From Callorhinchus milii (Eukaryota), in contig NW_024704758.1 in NCBI RefSeq assembly GCF_018977255.1, positions 13,888,001 to 13,952,000 on the forward strand: a DNA stretch of 64,000 nt, written 5' to 3'. The notes beneath the pieces are model-generated. The model saw only the letters and a program-made list of their open reading frames with translations. It made no database searches and was not told where the DNA came from. Positions 24,733 through 37,400 of the stretch are shown in pieces. How positions within the stretch are numbered: position 1 is the stretch's first letter; each line of letters starts with the position of its first letter. Position numbers and translations under genes: made by a program.

Positions 24733-25700
24733 TTACATTTCACGAACATCTGTGGCCTTCGAGCCAACCTGTCGTCATCAGCTGGTGTGCAGATTTGTGA
24801 GAGCCTGGAACTACTACCAGCTATCTGTGAGTCATGGGTAATCAAGCAGATAGTCATCGAGGTTGAATTCTCTCTGGCTATGTTCTCTGTTGGCAGGACC
24901 ATGTCACAGATGGTGGTGAAGTTGCCATACATTCTAAGCATGGGCTGGCAATCTCCTGCAGGCAAGAGTTTGAAATCAAGTACCTTTGAAGCTTTTTGAA
25001 CAGAAGTGCTCCTCAAGGAGAAGGGAGCTCATTTTGGCTACAGTCTACTGTCCACCATCTGCTGCCGTTTCTTTTTTCCCCCCTCAAGATTGATAAAAAT
25101 TCATTCATCTGGCCCTCGACACAATTTTCTGATCGGTGACTTTTATTAATGCCACTGGGGCGGTGCAGCAAACTAAAAATCACAAAGGCTGATTTTTGCA
25201 CATTTCTTCATAGCTGCCAGTGCCTCACTCAACTATTTCACTTCATACTGTAGTGTCTCTTCAGACCTAGCAATGACCAAGTTTCTTAATTACTTGAAAA
25301 TTCTCAAAGCACTAGTTTCCAAATCAATCTGGCCACCATTTGGTTCTGAATCCAAGCCGCCTTTGTTTCGACAACTTTAGAGGAATTTCAATTAGCAATA
25401 GAAATATCTTGAGCTGAAAGCTTGTTTCTCAGATTGGCATCCTCTCCATCAATAGGAAGATCCAGGCATCCTGTGAGTTCAGACCAGGCACATCTTTGAC
25501 ACTGTGAAGATGCAGCAGTCAAAACAAAGAGAAGTCTATCTCTGTACCAAGTACCGAAAGAGAAAGCAACGGATTATCAGCTCACCAGGGATACGTATAT
25601 CGGTTGCAAAATTGCACAGGTCACATGCAATGGGTCATCTCATGCAACCACCAAACCAGGAAGAAATGATCAGCGAACCATCAAGACAAGTTAACAACAC
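24733..25700 (+). mobile_element. Fossil LINE ORF2 N-terminus (APE-type endonuclease domain), CR1/L2-group
   Basis: Ordered motifs across frameshifts: LHFTNICGLRAN (24733), AICESW, ATVYCPPS (VYCPP at 25043), LIGDF (~25130), LTQL (25224), SGHHLV (25328; corresponds to SDH). Confidence 0.75.
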
Positions 25701-27617
25701 AGCAATGTAGGAAGGAGAAGAAGCCATTCAGTCCTGTCAGTCCAGTTTCACAATCAAGCCAACGCTAAGGTCATAACCGTAATCCAGTTCACCTTCCTTT
25801 TTGTGTGTGAGACAGGCAGTGTCAGAGACCAGCAATATTCCTCAGTCTGGTCCAATAAGGGGTCTGCTTTCTATATAAAAAACACTATTTAATTATTAAC
25901 CGTATTTTATTATTTGGCTGTGCAAAGAGAACAAAAATGTTGGATTTTATCAATATTTTAATAAAAAGAAGTGTAATAACTCATATGAATAAGTCATCGG
26001 CAGCAATCACACAATAAAAAAAAATTGAAGCTGTTTATGTGGAACACTGCCTCTTCAGAAAATGTCCTTCATTAGCATGTGAATATGCATTGTAGTCCTA
26101 ACCACCTAATTTCCTTTCAGCTTGACATATTTTAATTTAAATAGAAACCCCTTTCACTTCAACTTTTATGAGTTGCAATGATACTTAAAGAGTTTCAGGA
26201 AGGATTTCTACAGTACTTAATAGCTCATGTTTATTCACGCTCTGACAAGTGCCACAGTTATTTACTGGGAGAAATTGACAAGTACCCTATATCTCATTGA
26301 AATACTGAATGTGTCACAATTAGGGTGGTAAAATCAGCAAGGATTAGCATATTGATGAGCCCCAACGCATCTGAAGCAGGTCAGCATATATGCATTGCCA
26401 ATGTAGCGTTAAAGTTCGGTTCCATAAAACAAGTATCATAACTAGTGGCACATGTTTGAGGGATTCATCTGACCTCCGAGTTATTGAAATGAAGAGTTAA
26501 AAGGGTAACTATATTTCGGCACAGTCATTGCACATCGTTTGATGGAGTTCATCCAGGACATTCTTACCCCGAAGTTTCATAAAATTCTTCCAGCTTTATC
26601 AGTGGCATAACTATTCTATCATGCGTATCCTCCACATCCATATAAATCCACATTGTTTACCGTACCTTGTGATTACAAATTTAACAGCTGTTTGTAATCT
26701 CAAGGAATGACCTGAGTAATCTTAGCCTCACAAAGTACGCTTTTCAGTAAAATCCTGCCAAGCCTTTAGAGACATCCTCCCAACATGAAAGGTACTGTAT
26801 CAAATGCAAAGACTTATTATAATCGTACTCCGTTATAACTCCCCTCAGTGTAGCATGGTGACACTTATAGTATGAACGCCTTGTAGTTCCTGCATTCAAA
26901 AAAATGGTCATTTTTTGCAGTGCGTTAAAGGTTCTTCCTGCGCATAAACCCCGCCCGCACAGAAGGCATAGAAAGTGGTGACCTGATGTACAGGAAGCCA
27001 GACATGTTTTCACGTTTCATTACACAGTCTCTGAGATATTGGACTCTAATCACTGCATCATAACAGGGCTGCCCTGAGCTTGTATATGACACAGCACTTG
27101 ATGAGCAAGAAACATTCCAATCGTTTCTCCCATCGATGTTCACCTGTAGAGGTCAGGAACCGACAGTGTGTAGCGAGATTGGTTTGGGAACATTCACATC
27201 GCATTTAGGCATTTAGAAAGGGTTTTTTCCTCCCCCAGGGTTTCAAAATGAATCCTGAATTTCAACGATTTATCTGGGGGTTAGGGTCAAAAATGTTCCC
27301 CTTGATTTTTCTCTTGATTTTTTGACTAAAGAATAGACCCTGATTAAAACACCGAATTATACCCGCACTTTTATTTTGTAGATTAGAAATACTAAATCAA
27401 TTTTTTTTTAGTTGTTTGTATGCGGGCACATACAGCATTGATCTGCCCCAGCAAAGGTCCTCAAAGAACAATGAGATGAGCGACCAATTTATCTTCGAAG
27501 GTGAGAGTTCTACCAACTGAGCCAAAAGGACACAAATAATAAGTTATACATCCTACAATTCCTGCTCCAGTTTCAGCAATTAATTTTCGGGCAATAAATG
27601 GTATTTCCGCATTTAGT

Positions 27618-27830
27618 ATAATAATAATAATAATAATCCTTGCATTTGATATAGCGCTTTTCACATCGGGAGGACGTCCCAAAGCGCTTCACAGAACACA
27701 CTGTAAAGTGAATTGACTGTATATTTGTGGACGAACGCGGCAGCCAATTGCGCACAGCAATGTCCCACAAACAGTCGTAGATTGAAAATGACCAATTTAT
27801 TATTGTTTTTGGTTTTGGAGGGATTATTTT
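27618..27830 (-). mobile_element. SINE 3' half, well preserved
   Basis: (AAT)n CCTTGCATTTGATATAGCGC...GCGGCAGCCAATTGCGCACAGCAATGTCCCACAAACAG. Confidence 0.9.
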
Positions 27831-28884
27831 GAAGGGAAGTATAAATTTTTCAGAGCTTGCGAGGTGATCAATAGTGTTCCTGAGAGCGCATTGTTTAAAT
27901 AAAGTTCATTCCTCCAGCAGGAGTGTAAGCTTTCCAGTGAAATGATGATGATTGCAATTCCCATGTGCTTAGCTACAGAGATGAAGTAGCAACAGTGAAA
28001 TAATGCTGCACGGTGCTACCATCTTGATGCACGATTCTCTCAGTCAATCTATCTGCCTGCCGCACGTGCTGTGGAGGTTATATGATTATGGCTGTACATA
28101 GTCATTTCAAATAGTGCCTAAAACTGTCATTTGAAAGAAAAATTGACAAAACATATTCATGCTTTGCTTCTGAATACATCACTTCTGAATTTTTGAAAAT
28201 TCCTGAGTTTGACCCATTGTTGCACAAAGTAGTGAAATGTTCCCATACTGTCTGAGGTTTAACATTAATCTTTGTTCTGCTCCGACTAACACCAAATATA
28301 CCATTGTTAAATTATGATCCTCCGGGATCTATTTAATCAATTACTCTCTTTCTTTCCAATTGTTGCTCTTAACAAATTCCTGACCTCACCGAAAATTTAA
28401 TAGCCCTTGCGTTTAATAAGCAGCAAGATTGAGATACAGTCTTTGAAATACAAATCCTGACCTGTTGTGTTTTGGGCAACTGGGTTTGAGCGGCAAAAGA
28501 TTCATCTCAATTAGAGTATATGTTATTTTAATGAGATAAATAACGCTGAGCCTGGGAACGACTTTATATTGCACAATTATATTGACTAAAACCTAGGATT
28601 TACCAGTTCAGATTTACAGGTTAAATTCCCAAAATTGCACTGTTATTTCGTAAGTAGCACCTCAGTCTGCTTGACGTTCATCTCACGTTTTTTATGGGAC
28701 CTTGCTCTGCGCAAAATGACTGCCACTTTTATTTGTGATGTTTGTGAAGCTCTTGATCATTTTATCTGCTCTCCTAGGTGATGCATAAAATATTCTACTC
28801 AGCAATCTGGTGCAAAGACAATGAAATCTGTCCTTTGAGGGAAATCAATAACAATATTAACAGCGAAACAGCTCTTTAACATAG

Positions 28885-28985
28885 CCTGGAAACACAGGAA
28901 CAGGAGGAGGCCAGTCAAGCCTGTTATGCTCGTTTATCAGATCATGCCAGATCTTTAAATGATACGTACCCAATGCCCCTTAATA
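28885..28985 (-). mobile_element. CR1 3' terminus
   Basis: CACAGGAACAGGAGGAGGCCAGTCAAGCC...AGATCATGCCAGATCT, similar to the 10218 copy. Confidence 0.55.
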
Positions 28986-29149
28986 ACGAATGAAAAGCAG
29001 AAGTGCCCGATAAAATTTGCACTACATGTAAGTGTAATTTTAGAAGTTAAAGCACTCAACTGCGTTATAACTAGCTTGTTCCTACTCTGGTCACTTTGTC
29101 AACTAATGTAACTTTTGCCTTGCAAAAAAAAAATACAAATTCAAAGTTG

Positions 29150-29455
29150 TTGGCCTGGCTCATTTGGTAGTTTGATTTGGAAGATTGTTGGTTCAATTCC
29201 CAGTTGCGCACAGTCTAGGCTGACATTCCAATACAGTACTGAGGGAGCACTGCATCGTTGGAGGTGCCATCCTTCAGATTAGGTGTTAAACCAAGGTCCC
29301 ATTTGAACGTTATACATCCCACGCAGGTTTTCAAAAGAGAAGAGTTTCCTCAGGTGGGACATTGTTCTGCACAATGCCGCGATTGCTTACAAAATACACA
29401 GTAAATCCTGTGAAGCACATGGTGAGGGTTAATGCCCATACAAGGATTGTTATTT
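29150..29455 (+). mobile_element. Degenerate Deu-SINE
   Basis: GGCTGACATTCCAATACAGTACTGAGGGAGCACTGCATCGTTGGAGGTGCC...GTTAAACCAAGG. Confidence 0.8.
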
Positions 29456-31842
29456 ACTTGGGTCTTATTTTTGCCCGTTTAACTTTCCAGCAATAATTGT
29501 TTTACTTTCTCGACATTACAGAAAAGCAGTTGATCCCCGAGAACATATTATTTCTCTAGATGCGCTGCATCAGTAAATGATAACGTCTGCAAAATTATTA
29601 CATGATCATCTGACAATCTAACACCTGTTTTTTTTTACTGTGGTCACAGGTCTTGTTACTGAGCTGTTGATCTTTTAGTTAAGCTTTACAAAACTACCTG
29701 ACATTTTTTTTCAGGAGACGCAGTACTGTAGTTGAAAAACTGACTGCAGACAAAATTCATTGCAATATCACCAAGCACCTTAAGATTTTAAGAAAATCAT
29801 TTCCGTGAAGGTTAATGGACTGCCTATTATTCTTTTAACAGTTGCAAAGGCAGACACGTCAAAGTCTTTAGTCTAGTACTTAGTTCTACGGTATCTGTAT
29901 CGCCTATTTGAAGCATAATATCTCGTTTGGTAAAAGACAACATCTCAAAAGCCCACTCAGAAAGCCTTTGTACGATAACTAGATGAAGACTTTGCCTGAC
30001 AGCTCTGTCATTGTTTCCATCAGAATGCACAGACTGCTCTCTTAGGAGAAGGCCGAAGCATGACGTGAAGAGATAAGGTTCGATTTTGTACTATAGGAAT
30101 TTATAAATCAATACAAACAAAAGCTGCTGCTCTGTGTATTTTCATAGTCTCGTGTACATTGTGTTTTCCACCGGAGGGCTTTCGGGACAACAAAGAGAAG
30201 GTGAGGGAGGAGGGGGAGGAAACGTGTTACAGTATTTATCTATCCCCCATCCATTAAAATCTTTTCAAATCCTAAACTGAAGAATCTGACTGTTATTGAC
30301 AGACCTCTTCACTCGCACAATGTCTTTTGAACGCAAATACTAACTGCATTGATTGTCAGGATCTGATGTTCAATGCTGCGTCGCTGGTCTGGGGGCTTTG
30401 AGATTAAACCGTACAGTGTGGCGACAGTTCAGATGGGTTGTTTTTATACCCTGATTGAGTCTTTCAAACTTTACGCATTTTTTTGTGTTTGAATGGAAAG
30501 CTCTCTCCCTCTCTCCCCAACCTTTCACTTTTAATTGGGGATTCTGATGTGTGCACCGTGGGTAACTGCTGGAGCTCAACAACAACAACAACAACTTGTG
30601 TCTATGGAGCTCCCCTCATGCAGGGTGGTGTCCTAGAGCACTTAACCAATTAAAACCACATACCTGCCATTGCAATTGGAATAGCAAACACACTTAAAAG
30701 TAAAACAGTGCATTGCCCAGGTCTATATTTTGTATACAGCGGCTGCAATTGGGTTTTGGATTCACACTGTTAACTCCTCAAATAAATGGGATTATTGATC
30801 AAGGAAGATTAGATATTCAGCTATTCATTTTTACCAGTTAATATCCAATATTCTGACAGTTCTGCTGCAGTCCTGTGAATATAATGATGGTGTTCTTTAC
30901 CAAATTATGTTATTTTCCAATCAGTTCAATTTTTTTTAACAAAGATACTGGTTGAGACGAAATGTTGATTTATTTCGGTTATGCTGTTGATGCTTTCTGT
31001 TTCTCTCATGTTTTCTGTTATTGCAGTAATTTTGTTGATCACACTCAGCTAAAATTGCATGACGTACAATTTTCAAAGAAAATGTTGAAAAAAAAATCAA
31101 TTTCAGCAACAATTTTTCATTTTTATACAAGACAAAAGCCTTTAACGCCGGGAGGACACCTCAATACGCTTCAGAACGCTTGGTGAAAGCAAACAGTCGT
31201 AAATGAGGCGATGCTGCGCGTTAAACTAAAACTATTTCAATGCAATTCGCCTGTTTTAAGCAGCAGTCATGTGTCCACTGTTGTATGGTTTTTTTTGTTC
31301 AGCTGGAGAGTAGTCAACCAGAGATGGCTGGAATCATTTTAACAAAGGCTGATCTTGTGATTTAAGAAGAAGCTCTCAGGCTCTGGAACAATGAGAGTTT
31401 TATTGCATTCATCTTTACCACAAACTTGGTCCTTGAACAGTGTATGGGCAGGATTTCCATAGCAACCGAGTGCTCTGGCCTCATGCGTCGAGGGAACTAG
31501 CAAGTGGTGATTGTCCTTTGTGGAATCTAACAACACTACAGGGCTATGAATACGCAGCTCTTGGGTGCTTCTGTGTTTGCTCTAAACTTGATCAAGGAAG
31601 AGGATAGAGATTAATATTTAGAGAATAAACTAGCCAAGATTGGGGGGATAACTAACTCAGAAAACTTGAAGGCAAAACAGCTTCCATTTGTTTTGTGTTG
31701 TTTGTTTTGCTGCTTTTATGTTTGACTTGGTTGTTGGATCTCCTAAGGGCCAGGAGCCAATCTATGGATTCTGCGCAATCGTGAGCTACCAGGGAGAGCA
31801 CATTATGGAAAGCTCTGCTGTATGTCTCATACAGTGATCTCT

Positions 31843-31952
31843 TCCACAAAATATACAGTTAATTCACTTGATGGTATATTCTATGAAGCGCTTTGAGACA
31901 TCTCAATGACGTGATAAGGCGCTATATCAAATGCAAAGATTATTATTATTGT
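31843..31952 (+). mobile_element. SINE tail (further tails near 2440, 22225, 26720, 34165, 34825, 35400, 36300, 38180, 44780, 49780, 50220, 56018)
   Basis: AAGCGCTTTGAGACATCTCAATGACGTGATAAGGCGCTATATCAAATGCAAAGATTATTATT. Confidence 0.85.
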
Positions 31953-32984
31953 TGTGATTGGAGTTACTAATTATGCTAAGTTATATGTTAGCTGCACTCC
32001 CTGCAACGCCCAAAAAACCAAAGACCCTGCCTTAACGTACAAGACTAATTTACAAATGCACAAGATCAACACGCAAAGGTAAATGAAACAGATTTTTGTG
32101 CATTATCTTTCGGATGTTCTGGTAGAGAGCCTTGAGTTAAAAATGTGTTTTTCAGTGATAAAACACAGTGGCTGAGATTATTGCCTTCACAGGCCATAGA
32201 AACTGCTTCTTCATTTCAATGTCCTTGTCATTTAATTACCTGACATGGTTATTATTTACAATTTTTCTCATTTATGATTTGCGCTAAAGACGAATACATT
32301 TTCAAATAGCCATTTGCGAAATAGTTTTGTGTAAGAGAATACTGTACACAGCAATGATTTTATTGTTTTAAACCTGAACAATTGATATTAATATAGTATA
32401 GACTAGAATAAAAGAATCTTTCTCATCCTTTGGTTAACGTGATGGAAGTAATGCACGCAGGATTAACAATTCAGAGTGCAGCAATTCTGTAAGGACAAAT
32501 GGATGTGACAATCCTATCATCGTCTGCTATTCAGGTTCTTTGGTCTTAGTGTATAAATATAATGACCAAATAAATAAGTTAACAATTACCCAATTCTAAA
32601 TTCGAAGTAGAGTTTTTAAGGTGCTTTAAGAATTTGAGCACACCTTTTGTTTGCGCTCCGTATCTCACCAGTTCTGCCCTGAACTAAGCCATTCTCAACA
32701 GTTTCTTTAATTTCACATTAAAGATTGAAGAACCAGCTCCTTAACAACTCCCTGCATTATGTGGTTCATTTTTATTTTCTTCCTGCAACTGATTTTATAT
32801 AAAAAGATGAGAATAGCAGAAAATTGCAAGGAACAAGCTGAGTCCAGTACAAGATCAGATAGAAAAGTACTCAATTTTTATGTATCAATTCCAACTGTTT
32901 CAGTAAGAATCGATTTTTGGTATATTGAACCCGTTGGTACATTGGAAGCTTTTAAAATTCTTGATTAAAATAAATGGGACTAAA

Positions 32985-33070
32985 AAAATCGGTCATGTTG
33001 CAAAACAAAATGGTGGAATAGACTTGATGGTATGAATTAGCCGATTCCTGCTCTTATGTTCCCATGTTTT
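32985..33070 (+). mobile_element. CR1 3' terminus
   Basis: AATGGTGGAATAGACTTGATGGTATGAATTAGCCGATTCCTGCTCTTATGTTCCCATGTT. Confidence 0.6.
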
Positions 33071-33167
33071 GACTCGTAGAAATTAGGCATTTTCTTTTAA
33101 CTATGGTCTATGTGATGTATCTTGAAATTGTTTGATAGACTAATTGGCAGCATTGTGGTCACGATTA

Positions 33168-33645
33168 CCACAACCTGCAGATCATCCAGACCTCTGCAGC
33201 TCATGTCCTCTCCCGCACCAGGCTCTATGATCCCATCATACCCACCCTCGCCCAGCTCCCCATCCCTCAGAGGATTGAGTTCAAAATCCTCATTGTCACC
33301 TTTAAGATCCTCCATGGCCTTACCCCTCCTACCTCTCTGACCTGCTGACCCCTTATCAACCTGTCCGCTCCCTCTGTTAGCAGGCTCCTGCCTGCTTCAT
33401 GTCCCCCGCCCTACCATTGGCAGTCGGACCTACAGCCTTTCTGCCTCCACCCTCTGGAATTCCATCCCACATTCCCTTCACCTCGCTCCTCCCTATCCAC
33501 CTTCAACGCACCCCTCAAGACCCTTCTCTTTGACTGACTTTGGCCACCTTCCTACCCTATCTGCCCTGCACCCTCCCTGATCCCAACCACCCCCATCCCC
33601 CCCGCCCGCCTGGTCCTAATCCCTGCCTTGGGACGTCCTCTGCCA
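33168..33645 (+). mobile_element. L2 LINE 3' fragment (ORF2 C-terminus plus 3' UTR)
   Basis: NLQIIQTSAAHVLSRTRLYDPIIPTLAQLPIPQRIEFKILIVTFKILHGLTPP matches the L2 LQ..QN.AAR...HITP.L..LHWLP...RI.FK motif; LWNSIP follows. Confidence 0.9.
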
Positions 33646-36600
33646 CTCCTGATAACCTACTCCAGTTATTTATTACACTCTATGTGAAGAAATGTTTCCT
33701 GGTGTGTGTCCTAAAATTCCCCACAAAACCCAATGCCTTCTGATTGAACCCTACAAAGCAAACCAGCTTAACACAAAACGAAGGTTACATTGTGTGGCTT
33801 TGCTCACCAACCACGGTGCAAAATATTTCTGGCAGTCAATTCAGGAAATATTCTGCAAAACCAAATCACTCAAAAGAATGCATTTCATATCTGGTTGAAG
33901 AAAGAGATTGCCCCAGAGCCTTGGAAGCATGTTGAAAGTGTTTCAGTTTAACATTACATCCTTGAATCAGAATCCAGAAGTTGGCTGAGCACAGTCAACT
34001 GATCCATCATCCATCATCAGTCTGCTGACTACGCAGGGCTGTAACGTCTGGTGGCCAGCCCTGCAAGATTGTTGGCTTGACTTCAAATACCATTGAATAT
34101 CACTGATAGACCATGATATTCAGATCCTGTGGAGAAGAATCCTTCTTGTGAATTCTTCGCCCAAGAACAACAATCAGTTCACTTCAAAGTAACTCACTGT
34201 GTGAAGAAGCACTTTGAAATGATTCAACATGATGAGGCACAATATCAAATGCAAGTATTTACTTTTCATTACAACTGTGGACATCGGATGTGAAGTGAAC
34301 AGCTTGACTTTATCCGATTTATAGTGCAGAAAGATGCCTTATTAATTGCATACTCTTAAAATAAGGCATTGTATTCTGATTATTCATCCATGCCTCTCTT
34401 CCTCAACGCTGGAAATCTAGCTCTCACCTCACTTTAAACGTTCAGGTGTTTAAGCTGCTCATGGCCCTCCCTGTGTTCTACTGTACCCTGGTCTGTATGA
34501 AGCCTCTGTATTTTCTGGCTCCTCTTTTTTTTTACATGTACACGTAGATGGCAAATTGCTTTGTGACCAGTGCTGGATTAATGAGAGGACATTATGGACA
34601 TGCATCATTTATTTTGGGGAGGGGGAGATAGAGAGAGCCATAAAGTTCTGGCTGACAAAAAATAAGTCCACCATCACCAATGTAATGAAACGTGAGTGAG
34701 ATTATGTGTCCTGAAGTTAATGCTGCTTGAAAGAATAAATTAATATGAGCTTCCCGACCACCAGGCCATCAGAGTGACTTGATGAATACATTTAGACACA
34801 AAATGTTTGAAAAGGCCGAATGTTTGAAACATCCCGAAGTACTTCACAGGATTTACTGAAGAGTGTAGTGACTGTGTATTTGAATGGTTAAGCGAGGACG
34901 CTAATTGATGCGCAGTGATGCATCACAAACAGCCATGAAGTGAATGATAATCTGGGAGATTATTGGTTAGGCATTTGAAACAAGCCACCGTCACTAAAGG
35001 TGAGAGCAGCAGTTACTCAACTCCCACAAGAGCACATGGATCCTGGCGGCAGGAATGCGCAGCTCCACTTGGAACACATTACACGGATCAATTATTAACT
35101 GCTTATCTCAGTGATGTATGTTCCTCTGACAGGTCCGGTAATGCCACCCTGAGGCAATATACAAATGATTCCAGGAAGAAGTCCCTTCCTCTTGTAGTTA
35201 TTCAGAGAGGAAATGTTCCTTCTATGTCAGGCAAGTCTATGTAGTTCACGTGGTACTGTTTTGGATTCATTCGCAGCAGCCTCAAGCCTTTTTGGGCAAA
35301 TCTGTAATTTGTGGGAGGTGGAATCTGGGGTGACATGAACAGGGAGGGAATGGAGGTGGCTTTAGGACAGAACATCTCCTAGCTTGTTTTGGGGGAGAAA
35401 AATTTGATATAGAGCCATGTCGCATCGTCGAGACGTCTCAAAACGGATATACTGTGAAGTGGATTGACTGTGGATATTGTGGGCGAAACGCGGCAGCCAG
35501 TTAGTTGCACACGGCAGTGTCCCACAACCAGCACAAGTACTGCACCTTCCAAAGCTGCAAGCCTCTACATCGCATCATTAAAACGTAGCCATTATTTCAA
35601 CATGTCCATAGAATAAACATCAATGCAAAAGTCGGATTCATGCTTTGAGCTCCTTGACAATTTTTTTTTCTATTTGATTTGTAATTTAGTCCAGCCTACA
35701 CGATTCCAAGGATATCCAAGCAGCATCTGGGCGAGTGGGATGGCTCTTTCTCTCTCTCCCCCACCTCTCTTCCTCCCTATTCATATATTAAAGTTGCATC
35801 ATGTGTACTGAAGAAAGGATCTGGAAATGAATAGAAAATAGAAAACAGAACCTTCAATGATGCTTTCATTTGCCCAGTAATTTCCCCTTATACAGCCGAC
35901 CAGATGTCCCTATCTGCCCTCATTGCTGACTCAGGTCTGGACTGCCTCTCTGCAAATGACTTAAAAACCCTTCACTATCAAACTCATTTTGAGAAGAAAC
36001 CCTGCAACCTGCTTAACATTGTGACACTAATAGTCCTAGAAAATCTTTTTTATAACCATTCAGGTGAAGTCTTTTTTTTTCCATTTCAGTGTGTTGTGGT
36101 ATGTTAAGATTTGACAGTCGCAGAATGTAATTCTGAGCGAGGGTGAGGAAATAACTTTCTACCTATGCGGTAATTGTCCGTGGGAATCTCGTGTGCTTCC
36201 AGATCTCAGTTAACCAGAGTGACTGTCTCTAACTCAGACTATATCAAGACAGCTCTGTGGACAGTCAATCTAGCGCTGGATATGCCTTATAAACATTAGG
36301 GCAACTTTACAGAAATTTTCTGAAGCTCTTTGAAATCTTCGATGTTCCATGCGCTGTATCCAATACAAAACATTATTATTAATGTGGAAGTAACACCAAT
36401 TTCTTAAAGAGTACTTTCAATTCTTGATGTCTTTGTTGAGTGTGGCGATGCAGATCCTGAGCAAATATTTTCCGAGTTCAGTTTCCAAATATGAAACGCA
36501 ATGTTTCCTGAACTCTCAGGCGTGTCAAAGATGTGAACGTTAATTTCAAAATGACAAAAACTCCTGAGTGTTTCTTTGCATTTGACCATTGCCTCGTTAA

Positions 36601-37049
36601 TCACCTGAAGTATCAATGTTGCACCATCATTTCTGCCATTGAGCAGTTTATTTACTGCACTTGAGAATTAAGTGAAGCCACTGAACGTGCTTGAAACAAT
36701 GTTCGGCATCCATCACTCTGCATTTAAACGGGACACTTTTATTCACAAATCTTGCTGAGCGATCAAAAGTGAAGCTGATAAGATGTGGATGACGTAGGGA
36801 GAGGCCTGGGTATTATTGTGGGAGGAGAGGGGTTGGGGCAGCAGGGGGAGGATGTGTAAAAAACAATTTGAACATGTGCAAATCTATTGCTTGGTACCTG
36901 AATCTGACCTTCAAGGCAATGCGTTCACAAATGTTTAATTTGCATGTTTAATTTGCATCCAACACACAGATGGAACTCAATATTTGATCAGTTATGTCTA
37001 CATGTAACCTTCAGTCCCATTTTAATATAGAGTTCACAACTAAAAAGAA

Positions 37050-37400
37050 TTATTCTGCAAACTACAAATTCCTTTTGGCTCATTCTTTATATTCTCACTT
37101 TTTATTCAAGTCCTTAGTTCCATAATTAGTTAAGATAAATAATCGATTGCCCAACCCTTTCGCAGTTTGGATACCTAGATTATATCGCCTTTCAATTTAC
37201 TTTTCTCCAATGAAAATCAGTTTGATTGTATGAGCCTCTCGAGTCATACTTTTTCACTCTCCTATTATCATTCTTTTTGAATGCAAGATGATTGAACTGC
37301 ACACACTCATTCCCAAGTTGGAATCAAGAAAGGTTTTACACAAACTGCAGAAAATGTATTTCAAATTATAATCAAATGCTCACAACGAACCCAATTACCT
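37050..37400 (-). mobile_element. Very old CR1 fragment
   Basis: Antisense remnants such as CTTTTCTCCAATGAAAATCAGTTTG...TATGAGCCTCTC (ERL...LFSLEK). Confidence 0.55.

Noticed and set aside
35133-35230. 98-nt exon candidate with a GC donor (CAG|GCAAGT)
   Set aside because: Non-canonical donor, modest acceptor and an unrecognised peptide; plausible by chance.
21020-36220. Shared 13-mer TCAGTTAACCAGA at ~21020 and ~36207
   Set aside because: The flanks do not align, so it is likely a chance match.
36405-36495. Penelope-like LSILDVFVE
   Set aside because: An isolated short resemblance with no other RT or GIY-YIG motifs.
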